From: a virus
Lineage: Duplodnaviria; Caudoviricetes
IMG/VR virus record: IMGVR_UViG_3300025372_000639
Coordinates: 1 to 64,000 of that record
Length of the DNA stretch: 64,000 nucleotides
Reading direction: 5' to 3' (one strand)
Shown here: positions 55,121 through 64,000 of the stretch, piece after piece
Layout of the letters: each line of letters starts with the position of its first letter
Position numbering within the stretch: position 1 is the stretch's first letter
Program-made: the position numbers and the translations under genes
Notes under the pieces: model-generated
What the model saw: the letters and a program-made list of their open reading frames with translations, nothing else
Told to the model about the DNA's origin: nothing
Database searches by the model: none

Positions 55121-55681
55121 ATGCCATGGATTCAAAACATAGCATTAAGTGACATTAAGAGAGGGCTTCATATTGATCCCGGTCCTAATGCCATGCTGAT
55201 TCAAATTGTGGATCCACCCGGCGACTTTCCTACACCCTTGTACAAGTTCAAAGAAGTGCATCAGTTTCAATTCCTTGATGTTGAGGAAAAGGATGAAGTG
55301 CTAGACGAGGCAATGCGGTGTAGTCATGAGCAGGCTGCTGAATTAGTTCGCTTGTTGCAACATGCACTGGACAATAGAATGAATGTTATTGTTCATTGTC
55401 ATGCAGGAGTTTGTCGTAGTGGTGCGGTGTGCGAAGTCGGAGTCATGCTCGGTTTCGGTGATACAGAAGTATTTCGTAGTCCTAACCTTCTAGTCAAGCA
55501 TCGCATGATGAAGGCACTAGGTTGGACCTACGACGAGAATGAACCTCATACTATTAACGGTGTAACAACTGAGTTTGGGATCATTCTTCCTAAAGAAATT
55601 GAATGGGCTAACGACAATGAGAAAGTGTTTGTCTTGGCCAAAGAAAGAAAAGAAAGAAGAGAACGAGAAGGTGATGTATAA
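55121..55681 (+). CDS. Cys-based (tyrosine/dual-specificity) phosphatase
   Basis: VHCHAGVCRS CX5R motif. Confidence 0.85.
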   Translation: MPWIQNIALSDIKRGLHIDPGPNAMLIQIVDPPGDFPTPLYKFKEVHQFQFLDVEEKDEVLDEAMRCSHEQAAELVRLLQHALDNRMNVIVHCHAGVCRSGAVCEVGVMLGFGDTEVFRSPNLLVKHRMMKALGWTYDENEPHTINGVTTEFGIILPKEIEWANDNEKVFVLAKERKERREREGDV

Positions 55682-55907
55682 AGTAATAGACAATACAGGT
55701 TTTGTGCGAGGCGCATTTGATGATTTAGCCACAGCAATGGAAGCCGCAAAACTTGTAGACGAGTTTGTAACTATCAAAGGTACAGACTTTGAAGTGTGTG
55801 GCATATTTGGAGTAGACTCTGTGAAGAACGGAGTCTGCCCAGATGGTGTTGCATATGACTGGAACAAGGCTTCTCGCATAGGACGAGTGAAAAAAGAACG
55901 GGTATAA
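55674..55907 (+). CDS. hypothetical protein
   Basis: overlapping start; plausible protein sequence. Confidence 0.5.
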   Translation: MYKVIDNTGFVRGAFDDLATAMEAAKLVDEFVTIKGTDFEVCGIFGVDSVKNGVCPDGVAYDWNKASRIGRVKKERV

Positions 55908-55928
55908 TACCGATACATAAATATCGGT

Positions 55929-56711
55929 ATGCCCTATCTAAACACCTATCAAAAATTTAAAATACTGCATTTAATCAATCACTGCATTGGTATTACAGGA
56001 CTGATTTGGTTTGCAACAACTGCCAACTCGTGGCCTTGGTTGTTATTGGGTTTTGTATGTTTCCTATGGACTGGTATCGTTGGTGTCAATGTTGCGCTAC
56101 ACAGATATTATAGTCACGTAGCATTTAAAACTACTAAATTTAAAGAATATATACTCTTAGCCAGTAGTGTAATTACAGGCTTAGGAAGTCCCGCTATGTG
56201 GTGTAGCGTACATCGTGTACACCACACTACTTCAGATACTATTAAAGATCCCCACAATCCTGCTAGGGATGGTATTTTAAGAACTTGGTTTACATTCTGG
56301 GATCCTATAAAAATTCCAAAAAGACATGTTGCACCTTTCTTAAGAAATTCAGCATTAAAATTTGTTCACAATAATTATTTCTTGCTGAACTATGCTGTAC
56401 TAATTTTGCTCGCAGTAATTAACTGGAGGCTGGCTGCTTTTGCATATTGCTTGCCTGCTGTTGGTTGCTTTCACGGAAGTGCCGCTATCGGCGTTTTGCC
56501 GCACCTAACAGGCCCTTGGCAAATAGGTTACCGTAGATATGATGTAAAAGATTTAAGTCATAACAACTGGCTAGCAAGTATCTTGGCATTAGGAGAAGGA
56601 TGGCATAATAACCATCATGCTAATCCAGGTCGTTGGTGGCAGGGAGAAACATGGTGGGAAATTGACCCTCCGGCATTTATGATCAAACACTTTTTTATGG
56701 AGAAACAATGA
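55929..56711 (+). CDS. membrane fatty acid desaturase (delta-9 type)
   Basis: HRYYSH, HRVHH and HNNHH His boxes. Confidence 0.92.
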   Translation: MPYLNTYQKFKILHLINHCIGITGLIWFATTANSWPWLLLGFVCFLWTGIVGVNVALHRYYSHVAFKTTKFKEYILLASSVITGLGSPAMWCSVHRVHHTTSDTIKDPHNPARDGILRTWFTFWDPIKIPKRHVAPFLRNSALKFVHNNYFLLNYAVLILLAVINWRLAAFAYCLPAVGCFHGSAAIGVLPHLTGPWQIGYRRYDVKDLSHNNWLASILALGEGWHNNHHANPGRWWQGETWWEIDPPAFMIKHFFMEKQ

Positions 56712-57502
56712 ACTGGTATTTTTATAAGGTGTGGATTCCTTTACAACTGCTAACCATTGCATCTGCAATTGGTATCGTAATGGGTTATGTTCACGTTAAC
56801 TGGTGGGTTGTTTTTATCAGTTGGTTCATTGTAGGACCGATCGGCGTAGGAGTAGGATACCACAGATTGTTTAGTCATAGACAATTTGAAACATGGAAAC
56901 CTTTAGAGTACCTGATTGCACTATGTGGTACATTGAGTGCTTATGCACCTGTATCTTTCTGGGCCAGCGAGCATCAGTACCATCACAAGATCAGCGATAC
57001 TACAGCTGATCCTAGTACTCCTAATTTAGGATTCTGGGAAAGTTTCTTATGGTGGCGTATGAGACAAAGTGTTCTTAAGAAGATTGACTTACGCAGTTAT
57101 CCAACAAGAGTTCTGTTAAGAGATCCTGTGCTTATGTTTTTGAGTAAACATTTCATAAAGATTGTTTGGGCCTTTGCAATTATACTGGCGTTGATTGATA
57201 TCAACTGGTTAGTGGCTGTGTTTGTAATTCCGTCATTTATTGAAAGACAACGTGTTAACCTTGTTAGTAGTTTTAGTCATATGAACATTCCATTCAATTA
57301 CAGAAACTTTGAAACAAGTGATCAAAGCCAGAACAATATTTTAATGGGATACTTAACTATGGGATTCGGATGGCATAACAACCATCACGCATATCCAAGA
57401 AAACTAATTAACCAAGAACGTTGGTGGGAAATTGACATCGAAGGTATCATTGCAAAATTGATTTCTAAAAACAATGACGTACACAGACAAAGTTGCCATT
57501 AA
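56708..57502 (+). CDS. membrane fatty acid desaturase
   Basis: HRLFSH, HQYHH, HNNHH. Confidence 0.92.
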   Translation: MNWYFYKVWIPLQLLTIASAIGIVMGYVHVNWWVVFISWFIVGPIGVGVGYHRLFSHRQFETWKPLEYLIALCGTLSAYAPVSFWASEHQYHHKISDTTADPSTPNLGFWESFLWWRMRQSVLKKIDLRSYPTRVLLRDPVLMFLSKHFIKIVWAFAIILALIDINWLVAVFVIPSFIERQRVNLVSSFSHMNIPFNYRNFETSDQSQNNILMGYLTMGFGWHNNHHAYPRKLINQERWWEIDIEGIIAKLISKNNDVHRQSCH

Positions 57503-58217
57503 GGTAGTACTGCTGACAATTATAGCATTGTTGGCGGTTCCTTATTATTTTATTGCAGGTGGAACAATTTTAGGTTTTATAGCCATACGATTAGTTGCCC
57601 ACCTCATTGCATTATTCACTCCTGTAGCATATCATAGATGGTTATGTCATAATAGCTTTCAACCTAACCTACTTGGAAAATTTTTAATGGGAACTGCAAT
57701 GATCGGGTCAGGATTTGGCGATCCGTTACATAATGTAGTAGCACATAGACTTCACCATCCTCATGCAGACACCGATAAAGATCCGCATAGTACTGACATA
57801 GGTTTTTGGAAATTATGGTTAGGACAATTTAAGGTGCCCACTGGCGGTGTTAGACCCCCTAAAGATTTTTTTAGAAATAATATGGCTGTGTTTATGCACA
57901 ATCATTATTGGAAACTTTATGTGCTGTTTAACATAATGTTATTCCTAATTTTTGATTTAAAAACGGTTCTCATTTATTGTCCGATAAACTTTGTCTACGG
58001 TTGGACATTAAACACAATGGTTAATTACTACGGACACATTGACCCCGATACAGGTGCAGTAGGGCCACGTAATACAAATCAAGTGTTTACTCTGCTTACA
58101 GCCGGCGAAGGGTTACACGGAAACCATCATATAACCCCTGCAAGTGCGGATTTTTCGTCAACTGATAGAAAAGATCCAATGTCAGGCGTTATTAAATTAA
58201 TATCAAAAACCGGTTGA
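57474..58217 (+). CDS. membrane fatty acid desaturase
   Basis: HRWLCH, HRLHH, HGNHH. Confidence 0.92.
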   Translation: MTYTDKVAIKVVLLTIIALLAVPYYFIAGGTILGFIAIRLVAHLIALFTPVAYHRWLCHNSFQPNLLGKFLMGTAMIGSGFGDPLHNVVAHRLHHPHADTDKDPHSTDIGFWKLWLGQFKVPTGGVRPPKDFFRNNMAVFMHNHYWKLYVLFNIMLFLIFDLKTVLIYCPINFVYGWTLNTMVNYYGHIDPDTGAVGPRNTNQVFTLLTAGEGLHGNHHITPASADFSSTDRKDPMSGVIKLISKTG

Positions 58218-58267
58218 CACACCGGTAAAATGATAGTATAATATAATTTTAAAGAAAGGAGGCGAAT

Positions 58268-58873
58268 ATGCCAGCTACATTTTTAGTTAGCGATACCCAC
58301 TTCGGTCATATGGGCGTATGTCGCTTCACCCGTAATGACGGAGTAACAAAGTTAAGGCCATGGAATAGTCCTGAGGAAATGGACGAAGCCATGATCAAGG
58401 CATGGAACGAACGTGTTAAGCCCACGGATAAGGTTTACCACTTAGGTGACGTTGTTATCAACCGCAGAGCATTACCTACGTTAGCAAGGTTAAACGGCGA
58501 CAAAGTCTTAATCCGCGGTAACCATGACATCTTCCGTGATGATGAGTATAGACAATACTTCCGTGAGTTACGTGCTTATCACGTTGTAGAAGGTATGATT
58601 TTTAGTCATATCCCATTACACGCAGAATCATTAGGCCGTTTTGGTGTCAACGTTCACGGACACTTACACGCTAATCGAGTTAAGCGGGCTCGCGGTGTTG
58701 ATGCAAGGACTGGAGAAGTCTTATACAGCGATGAGAACGATGTTCGTTATCATTGTGTCTGTGTTGAACAAACTCCAGACTTTGCCCCTATCTTATTCGA
58801 AGATGTGAAGAATCGCATTGTTGAAGAAGGTGGTTCTATTACTTTTAAGAACGGCAACGGGCCGACAATGTAA
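58268..58873 (+). CDS. calcineurin-like metallophosphoesterase
   Basis: SDTHFGH, HLGD, RGNHD, HGHLH. Confidence 0.9.
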   Translation: MPATFLVSDTHFGHMGVCRFTRNDGVTKLRPWNSPEEMDEAMIKAWNERVKPTDKVYHLGDVVINRRALPTLARLNGDKVLIRGNHDIFRDDEYRQYFRELRAYHVVEGMIFSHIPLHAESLGRFGVNVHGHLHANRVKRARGVDARTGEVLYSDENDVRYHCVCVEQTPDFAPILFEDVKNRIVEEGGSITFKNGNGPTM

Positions 58874-58874
58874 T

Positions 58875-59801
58875 ATGGATCTATTGTTCAATAATCATAT
58901 GAAAGGTTCCGGACACGGAAAGACTTGGAGGGTTGAACTCAGCTCTCCAAGTCGCCCTGTGGGCACATATTATCAAGAAGCCGTAAAGGCCGCTGAAATG
59001 ATTTGGGCACAACGACAAGGACCATTGTATGTCTGTTATAGCGGCGGACTTGATAGCGAGTTTGTATTAAGTTTATTCTTATCGTTAGGTATGAATATTA
59101 CTCCTGTGATCATGCGTACACAATACAATGATCCAGATACAAAGTATGCTTTTAAGTATTGCCAGGATAGGAATATTGAGCCCAAGGTTGTAGATTTAGA
59201 CTTTGACAAATTTGTTGAATCTGGAAAGATTGTTGACATAGCATTACAGATGAAATGTAGTGCTTATCAAATTCCTACCAATATGTGGTTGTGTAGCCAG
59301 TTAGACGGAACCGTGTTAACAGGAAATGATCCTCCCCATTTATCAAACAAAAACAATGTTTGGTATATGGATGAGGACGAGTGGAACCATACTCAGTTTA
59401 CCTATTTCAAAGAAAACAATATACACGGTACTCCGTTTTTCTTGCATTATACTCCAGAAATGGTTTTATCATTTTTGTTAGATCCTACTATACACCGTTT
59501 GGCGAATAATATGATTCCCGGAAAGTTAGGTACAAATTCTACAAAAGTCTTTGTCTATAACAACAATGATGGTGCATTTGAATTGGAAAATAGGCAAAAA
59601 TTACACGGGTATGAAGATGTCGAGTCTGCTCAAATATACAAACACCCTAACATCAAACTGATAAACGGTTTGAAAAGAAAGTGGTCAGGTGTTTGGGCAT
59701 GTCCGTATTATGATGTTGTCAAACAACTACAATCATTACAACCAGTTGTTAATATGCCAAACGAACTCAATAGTAATCGAAAGAATTGGTATCATCAATA
59801 A
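58875..59801 (+). CDS. PP-loop (adenine nucleotide alpha hydrolase) protein
   Basis: YSGGLDSE. Confidence 0.6.
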   Translation: MDLLFNNHMKGSGHGKTWRVELSSPSRPVGTYYQEAVKAAEMIWAQRQGPLYVCYSGGLDSEFVLSLFLSLGMNITPVIMRTQYNDPDTKYAFKYCQDRNIEPKVVDLDFDKFVESGKIVDIALQMKCSAYQIPTNMWLCSQLDGTVLTGNDPPHLSNKNNVWYMDEDEWNHTQFTYFKENNIHGTPFFLHYTPEMVLSFLLDPTIHRLANNMIPGKLGTNSTKVFVYNNNDGAFELENRQKLHGYEDVESAQIYKHPNIKLINGLKRKWSGVWACPYYDVVKQLQSLQPVVNMPNELNSNRKNWYHQ

Positions 59802-59827
59802 TTTGGACAAATAGTTAGAAAAAAGTG

Positions 59828-59856
59828 TTGACAAAGCGTAAAAAGTGCGCTATAAT
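59828..59856 (+). promoter_or_regulatory. sigma70 promoter of the Ro60-like locus
   Basis: TTGACA-17-TATAAT. Confidence 0.88.
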
Positions 59857-59885
59857 AAATGCTTAGTTAGAAACAAAAAGTTTTT

Positions 59886-59939
59886 AGGATCGATACAGCA
59901 ATCTTATTACATTCATAAAGTAAACAAAGACGATCCTGT
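59886..59939 (+). ncRNA. CAGCAA-stem RNA 5 (leader of the Ro60-like gene; CAU-type loop)
   Basis: AGGATCG-ATACAGCAA...TTAC A TTCATAA A GTAA...CGATCCT-GT. Confidence 0.78.
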
Positions 59940-59962
59940 CATTTTAACGAAAGGAGAAAGAA

Positions 59963-61354
59963 ATGACTACATTCGCTGAAGCAGTTAAGTCTACCCCAGC
60001 GGTAGCTCGTACCGAAAACGGTATGAAGGCAAAGGCTCATTCGGGCAATGCCCTTGTAGACCTGTTCTACAAGATTGGTGCATCACGTGGTAAGTCTGTA
60101 ACCGCAGACTTCGAAAAGGCCTTCCAGGAAGATGCCGACCTAGCAATGAAAATTGCATTCTGGTCGCGTGACGTCCGTGGCGGTGCTGGTGAACGTCAGA
60201 TCTTTCGTGATGTACTTGTACATCTAGAAAAGTTGCATCCAGAAACTCTGGAAGCAGTTCTTCCTTTCGTATCCGAATTCGGTCGTTGGGATGATTTGCT
60301 AGTGTTCAAGACTGAAAAGTTCAAGCACATGGCATACACCCTAATCGGTGATGCTTTGCGTGAACGCAATGGTCTTTGCGCTAAGTGGATGCCACGTCAA
60401 GGTCCAATTGCAATCGAAATCCGTAACTTCTACGGCATGACACCTAAGCAATATCGTAAGAGCCTAGTTGCCCTTACTAATGTTGTTGAACAAAAGATGT
60501 GTGCTAAGGACTGGGACGGTATCGAATTCGGTAAGTTGCCATCGCTAGCTTCGGCTCGATACAACAAGGCATTCGCTAAGAACGCTACTGCGTCTTACGA
60601 AGCATACAAGGCTCGCTTGACTGCGGGTACAGACAAGGTAAACGCTAGTGCAGTTTACCCATACGATGTCATCAAGACCTTGCGTCATGGTGGCGATAGT
60701 GTGGTAGCAGATGCTCAATGGGCATCGTTGCCAAACTACATCGGCGATGCCAGCGTTATGCCTTTGGTTGACGTTTCTGGTTCGATGTGTTGCCCAGTTG
60801 GCGGAAACGCTAACCTGCAATGTATCGATGTTGCTTTGTCGTTGGGTCTGTACTGCGCTGATAAGAACACAGGTGTATTCAAGGATACATTCTTGACTTT
60901 CAGTGCTAAGCCAAAGGCACAAGTTGTTAAGGGTACACTTGCTCAGAAAATGAGCCAAATGAACTCTAGCGACTGGGGCATGAACACTAACCTACATGCG
61001 GCGTTTGACGAAATCTTACGCATCGCTGTTAAGGGTGGTGTGTCGCAAGACAACATGCCTAAGACTTTGCTGATCTTGTCAGACATGCAATTTGATGCTT
61101 GCATCAAGCACGATGACTCTGCTATGCAGATGATCAAGCGTAAGTACAAGGATGCAGGATACGAAGTTCCAAACGTTGTATTCTGGAACCTGAACAGCAA
61201 GGACAATGTCCCTGTTAAGTTCGACAAGCAAGGTACTGCTTTGGTGTCTGGATTCAGTCCAGCAGTTATGAAGGGCATCTTAAGTGGTGCTGACATGACT
61301 CCATATGGTATCATGCTAGCCACGGTTGACGTACCACGTTATTCCGTGTTATAA
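59963..61354 (+). CDS. DUF2828-type TROVE/Ro60-like protein with C-terminal vWA domain
   Basis: RDVRGGAGER, FGRWDDL, AKWMPR; vWA MIDAS DVSGSM...T...SDMQFD; strong AAGGAG RBS. Confidence 0.82.
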   Translation: MTTFAEAVKSTPAVARTENGMKAKAHSGNALVDLFYKIGASRGKSVTADFEKAFQEDADLAMKIAFWSRDVRGGAGERQIFRDVLVHLEKLHPETLEAVLPFVSEFGRWDDLLVFKTEKFKHMAYTLIGDALRERNGLCAKWMPRQGPIAIEIRNFYGMTPKQYRKSLVALTNVVEQKMCAKDWDGIEFGKLPSLASARYNKAFAKNATASYEAYKARLTAGTDKVNASAVYPYDVIKTLRHGGDSVVADAQWASLPNYIGDASVMPLVDVSGSMCCPVGGNANLQCIDVALSLGLYCADKNTGVFKDTFLTFSAKPKAQVVKGTLAQKMSQMNSSDWGMNTNLHAAFDEILRIAVKGGVSQDNMPKTLLILSDMQFDACIKHDDSAMQMIKRKYKDAGYEVPNVVFWNLNSKDNVPVKFDKQGTALVSGFSPAVMKGILSGADMTPYGIMLATVDVPRYSVL

Positions 61355-61364
61355 ATAAAGTACG

Positions 61365-61523
61365 AGGTTAGGTTCAGCAATATTCAATAACATTGAACTG
61401 CTTACATCTATGTCAATAACTGGAGCCTTAATTGTCTTTGAAGGTTATTGACATATATGGATGTAAGATAAAGGAGTTTCGATATTCTCCTTGACAAAAA
61501 CAAAAAGTAGACAACTAGCCTGT
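61365..61523 (+). ncRNA. CAGCAA-stem RNA 6
   Basis: AGGTTAG-GTTCAGCAA...long internal hairpin, GGAG-TTTCGA..CTCC...CTAGCCT-GT. Confidence 0.75.
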
Positions 61524-61533
61524 TTATTTTATT

Positions 61534-61719
61534 AGGATGGGTACAGCAATGTACTACTAACGAAGGTTTGGGGTAACCCGAACGGCTGGTCCGGCTTTAT
61601 AAGGACTTTGTGTCTAGTCGAGAAACTAGAATCGGGCGCTACCGATTAGCGATAGGGTCGGGGAGACACAAAAGTGATATCGACCAGAAAATAAATTAAT
61701 AAATCTCCAACCATCCTGT
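61534..61719 (+). ncRNA. CAGCAA-stem RNA 7
   Basis: AGGATGG-GTACAGCAA...multi-hairpin insert...CCATCCT-GT. Confidence 0.75.
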
Positions 61720-61720
61720 A

Positions 61721-61749
61721 AATAGGACTCTTCGGAGTCCTATTTTTTT
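61721..61749 (+). terminator. intrinsic terminator
   Basis: AATAGGACTC TTCG GAGTCCTATT TTTTT. Confidence 0.9.
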
Positions 61750-61763
61750 GACTTAAATATAGA

Positions 61764-62378
61764 ATGTGGATCGACAGCGATTACAAAGAAATAGGACCTA
61801 TAAACGAATTATTATTTGATCCGTTATTGTCCCTTATCAAAGATATCAATTGGAATAAGAAAGAATATCATAGATTATTCCACGAAATACCGTTAAGAAA
61901 TGGTAGAGTACTTATTCTTCCTTTTTCAATGTCTCCTGATATCACTTATACAACAGAACAACAAGCCGTTATAGATTGTATTGCTCCTATAACTCAGATA
62001 GTAACTGATACATTTTTTAATCTTAAAATAATAAGAGGAGAATTAGGAACATTACCGCCTGGCTCTTATCTACGAGACCATTTTGATGATAAAGTGTTCC
62101 ATGAAAGATGTGTAAGAGTGCATGTTCCTATTACTACCAATGATCAATGTTTTCAAATCTTTGAAGGTAGAAAGGTTCATTTTAACACAGGAAAAATATA
62201 CGAAATCAATAATAGGATAATGCATTCTGCAAACAATGAAGGCAAAACTATTAGGACTCATTTAATACTAGACCTGTTAGATCAAAATGACTCTAGTACT
62301 CCGTCGGATTTAATAAAAACTTCCATTCCTTCTGAGTATCGTAATCTTACAAAAAATCCTTTTAATATTTTAAAATAA
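61764..62378 (+). CDS. aspartyl/asparaginyl beta-hydroxylase-like 2OG-Fe(II) oxygenase
   Basis: HFD...RVHVPITTN...HSANN...RTHLILD. Confidence 0.8.
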   Translation: MWIDSDYKEIGPINELLFDPLLSLIKDINWNKKEYHRLFHEIPLRNGRVLILPFSMSPDITYTTEQQAVIDCIAPITQIVTDTFFNLKIIRGELGTLPPGSYLRDHFDDKVFHERCVRVHVPITTNDQCFQIFEGRKVHFNTGKIYEINNRIMHSANNEGKTIRTHLILDLLDQNDSSTPSDLIKTSIPSEYRNLTKNPFNILK

Positions 62379-62417
62379 ATATTGATCTGTTTAACAATTC
62401 TGTCTATAATCTAAATA

Positions 62418-62882
62418 ATGAAACAAAAATTTATCAACCTTTACATGGATTGGGCAAAACGAACTGCCCAAATGAGTTACGCTCGAAGATTACAAGTAGG
62501 CGCTGTTATCGTAAAAGATGATAGTGTTATTAGTTATGGATATAACGGTATGCCGGCTGGTTGGGATAACAACTGCGAGGACGAAATTAAATGGCCTAAT
62601 GGACATATCGCCCACCTAACAACCAAACCTGAGGTATTACATGCAGAATCAAATGCTATTGCAAAATTGGCGAAGTCTCACAACTCTGGTGTTGGGGCTG
62701 ACTTATTTGTTACTCACAGCCCTTGTCTCCAGTGTGCCAAGCTCATTTATCAGTCAGGTATTCGTCGTGTGTTCTATAATGAAAACTATAGAGATGATGC
62801 TGGCATCAAGTTCTTAGAGAAGTCTGGAGTGGAGGTAATACAACCCCAACCAGATGTATCCGTGCCACCTCAGAGCAGTTAA
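62418..62882 (+). CDS. dCMP deaminase
   Basis: GYNG, HAESNAI, PCLQC. Confidence 0.93.
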   Translation: MKQKFINLYMDWAKRTAQMSYARRLQVGAVIVKDDSVISYGYNGMPAGWDNNCEDEIKWPNGHIAHLTTKPEVLHAESNAIAKLAKSHNSGVGADLFVTHSPCLQCAKLIYQSGIRRVFYNENYRDDAGIKFLEKSGVEVIQPQPDVSVPPQSS

Positions 62883-63354
62883 TAAACGTATGTTTTTTAG
62901 TTGTATCAACATAGTATGAAGTGCCATCGGCAGGCATAAATTGCATACCATTGTCATCAGGAAACAACATTAAGCATTGTTTGTTTGTTATTATAGGTAT
63001 GTGTATTCTAGGGTATGGATCAGAATGTATGCTATAACATGTCTTAGGTTTCATGTACATTAACCTAGTTCTAACAATCCTGTACTCCGATAAAGATTGT
63101 AGCCACTGATCTATATATCCTCCTTTTAAAATAGGATTGATATACTTGTAATGAGGTTCAATTATCATACCTCCAGGTTTTTGAATTCTACCAGTAGATT
63201 CATACCACGCTTCATCGCTTGAATCAGTTGGATCTTTTACCTGTAGTCCTAATTGAAGAACATTATCAACAAACGGCATTTTGTCTAAGAGCCCCGTTAC
63301 CTCTGACACGAGTTCTTTGAACAGAGCAAATTTATTAATAGGTTGACATAGCAT
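62806..63354 (-). CDS. aspartyl/asparaginyl beta-hydroxylase-like 2OG-Fe(II) oxygenase
   Basis: HSD...RIHIPIITN...HTFIN...RIHLV. Confidence 0.78.
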   Translation of the reverse strand: MLCQPINKFALFKELVSEVTGLLDKMPFVDNVLQLGLQVKDPTDSSDEAWYESTGRIQKPGGMIIEPHYKYINPILKGGYIDQWLQSLSEYRIVRTRLMYMKPKTCYSIHSDPYPRIHIPIITNKQCLMLFPDDNGMQFMPADGTSYYVDTTKKHTFINCSEVARIHLVGVVLPPLQTSLRT

Positions 63355-63392
63355 CAAGTATTTAAGTATACTATATCAAAGGAAATCACTAA

Positions 63393-64000
63393 ATGAAAAT
63401 TAAACCAATTGTACTTGCTATTTTAAGTGCATTGTCGTTACACACAGCAATCGCACAGACTCAGTTTGATCCAAGAAAAAAACCAGTTACCGTTATTATG
63501 CCGTTTGCACCCGGCGGTGGTGTGGATCAAACATTTAGACACCTGCAGAAATATGCTTCACAAAAAGGAATCACTCTAGTAGGAGTTTATAAGCCCGGTG
63601 CAGACGGACTTGTTTCAATGAGCGAGCTAGCGATTGAGCCAAGAGATGGTTATTATATCAGTGTGACTACTGCTGGAGTTATTGCCAATTATAGGCTACA
63701 TCATCCGTCGTCTGATGTTACTGCTATTACCACACTAAGAGATAGTGTTATGGCATTGGTGGTTAGCAACAAGAGTGAGATACAAGATATAAATCAATTA
63801 GAACGATACTTGCAACAAGGTAAGAAACTTAACTTAGGTTATGGAGCACCCGGACAGCAGATGTTCTTAGAACAATTATTTGAACTTGCAAAGGCCAAGG
63901 CTGGCTCTGTCATGGTGCCTTATAAAGGTGGCGGTCCTGTAGTCAATGATTTACTAGGCGGACACATAGACGTTGCCGCAGTGCCTCTTTCTATTGTAAA
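63393..64000 (+). CDS. Bug/TctC tripartite tricarboxylate transporter substrate-binding protein (partial)
   Basis: manual translation: signal peptide, VIMPFAPGGGVD, KPGADG, VPYKGGG..DLLGGHID; runs off the window. Confidence 0.88.
   Translation, partial: MKIKPIVLAILSALSLHTAIAQTQFDPRKKPVTVIMPFAPGGGVDQTFRHLQKYASQKGITLVGVYKPGADGLVSMSELAIEPRDGYYISVTTAGVIANYRLHHPSSDVTAITTLRDSVMALVVSNKSEIQDINQLERYLQQGKKLNLGYGAPGQQMFLEQLFELAKAKAGSVMVPYKGGGPVVNDLLGGHIDVAAVPLSIV

Overview
AT-rich segment of a large (jumbo/T4-like) bacteriophage genome, standard genetic code. A Bug/TctC gene hints at a betaproteobacterial host. 1-27.6 kb holds accessory genes: S11 peptidase, Hsp20, ClpS, heme oxygenase plus bilin reductase, a curli (CsgF/CsgG/curlin)-FecR-CHASE2 cyclase module, an HD hydrolase, B12 radical SAMs and a glycan-modification cluster. 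27.6-54.1 kb is a tRNA array (about 45 tRNAs by my reading, all 20 amino acids) interleaved with 2OG-Fe(II)-like oxygenases, four endonuclease genes tied to broken tRNA genes, and many structured ncRNAs. 54-64 kb carries kinase/phosphatase genes, three desaturases, a Ro60/TROVE-like vWA protein and dCMP deaminase. Two candidate new systems stand out. (1) A family of 9 covarying 'stem + NTWCAGCAA' RNAs flanks the Ro60-like gene and is scattered through the tRNA array; members carry isolated anticodon loops, a circularly permuted tRNA-Phe or CCA-ended tRNA bodies, suggesting a Y-RNA-like tRNA-mimic/decoy RNP. (2) A ribosome-dependent attenuator precedes the tRNA array, and its 52-codon leader contains all 20 amino acids and 39 different codons, suggesting a sensor of general tRNA depletion. 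All calls were made by eye; no searches or folding programs were run, and RNA coordinates may be off by 1-2 nt.
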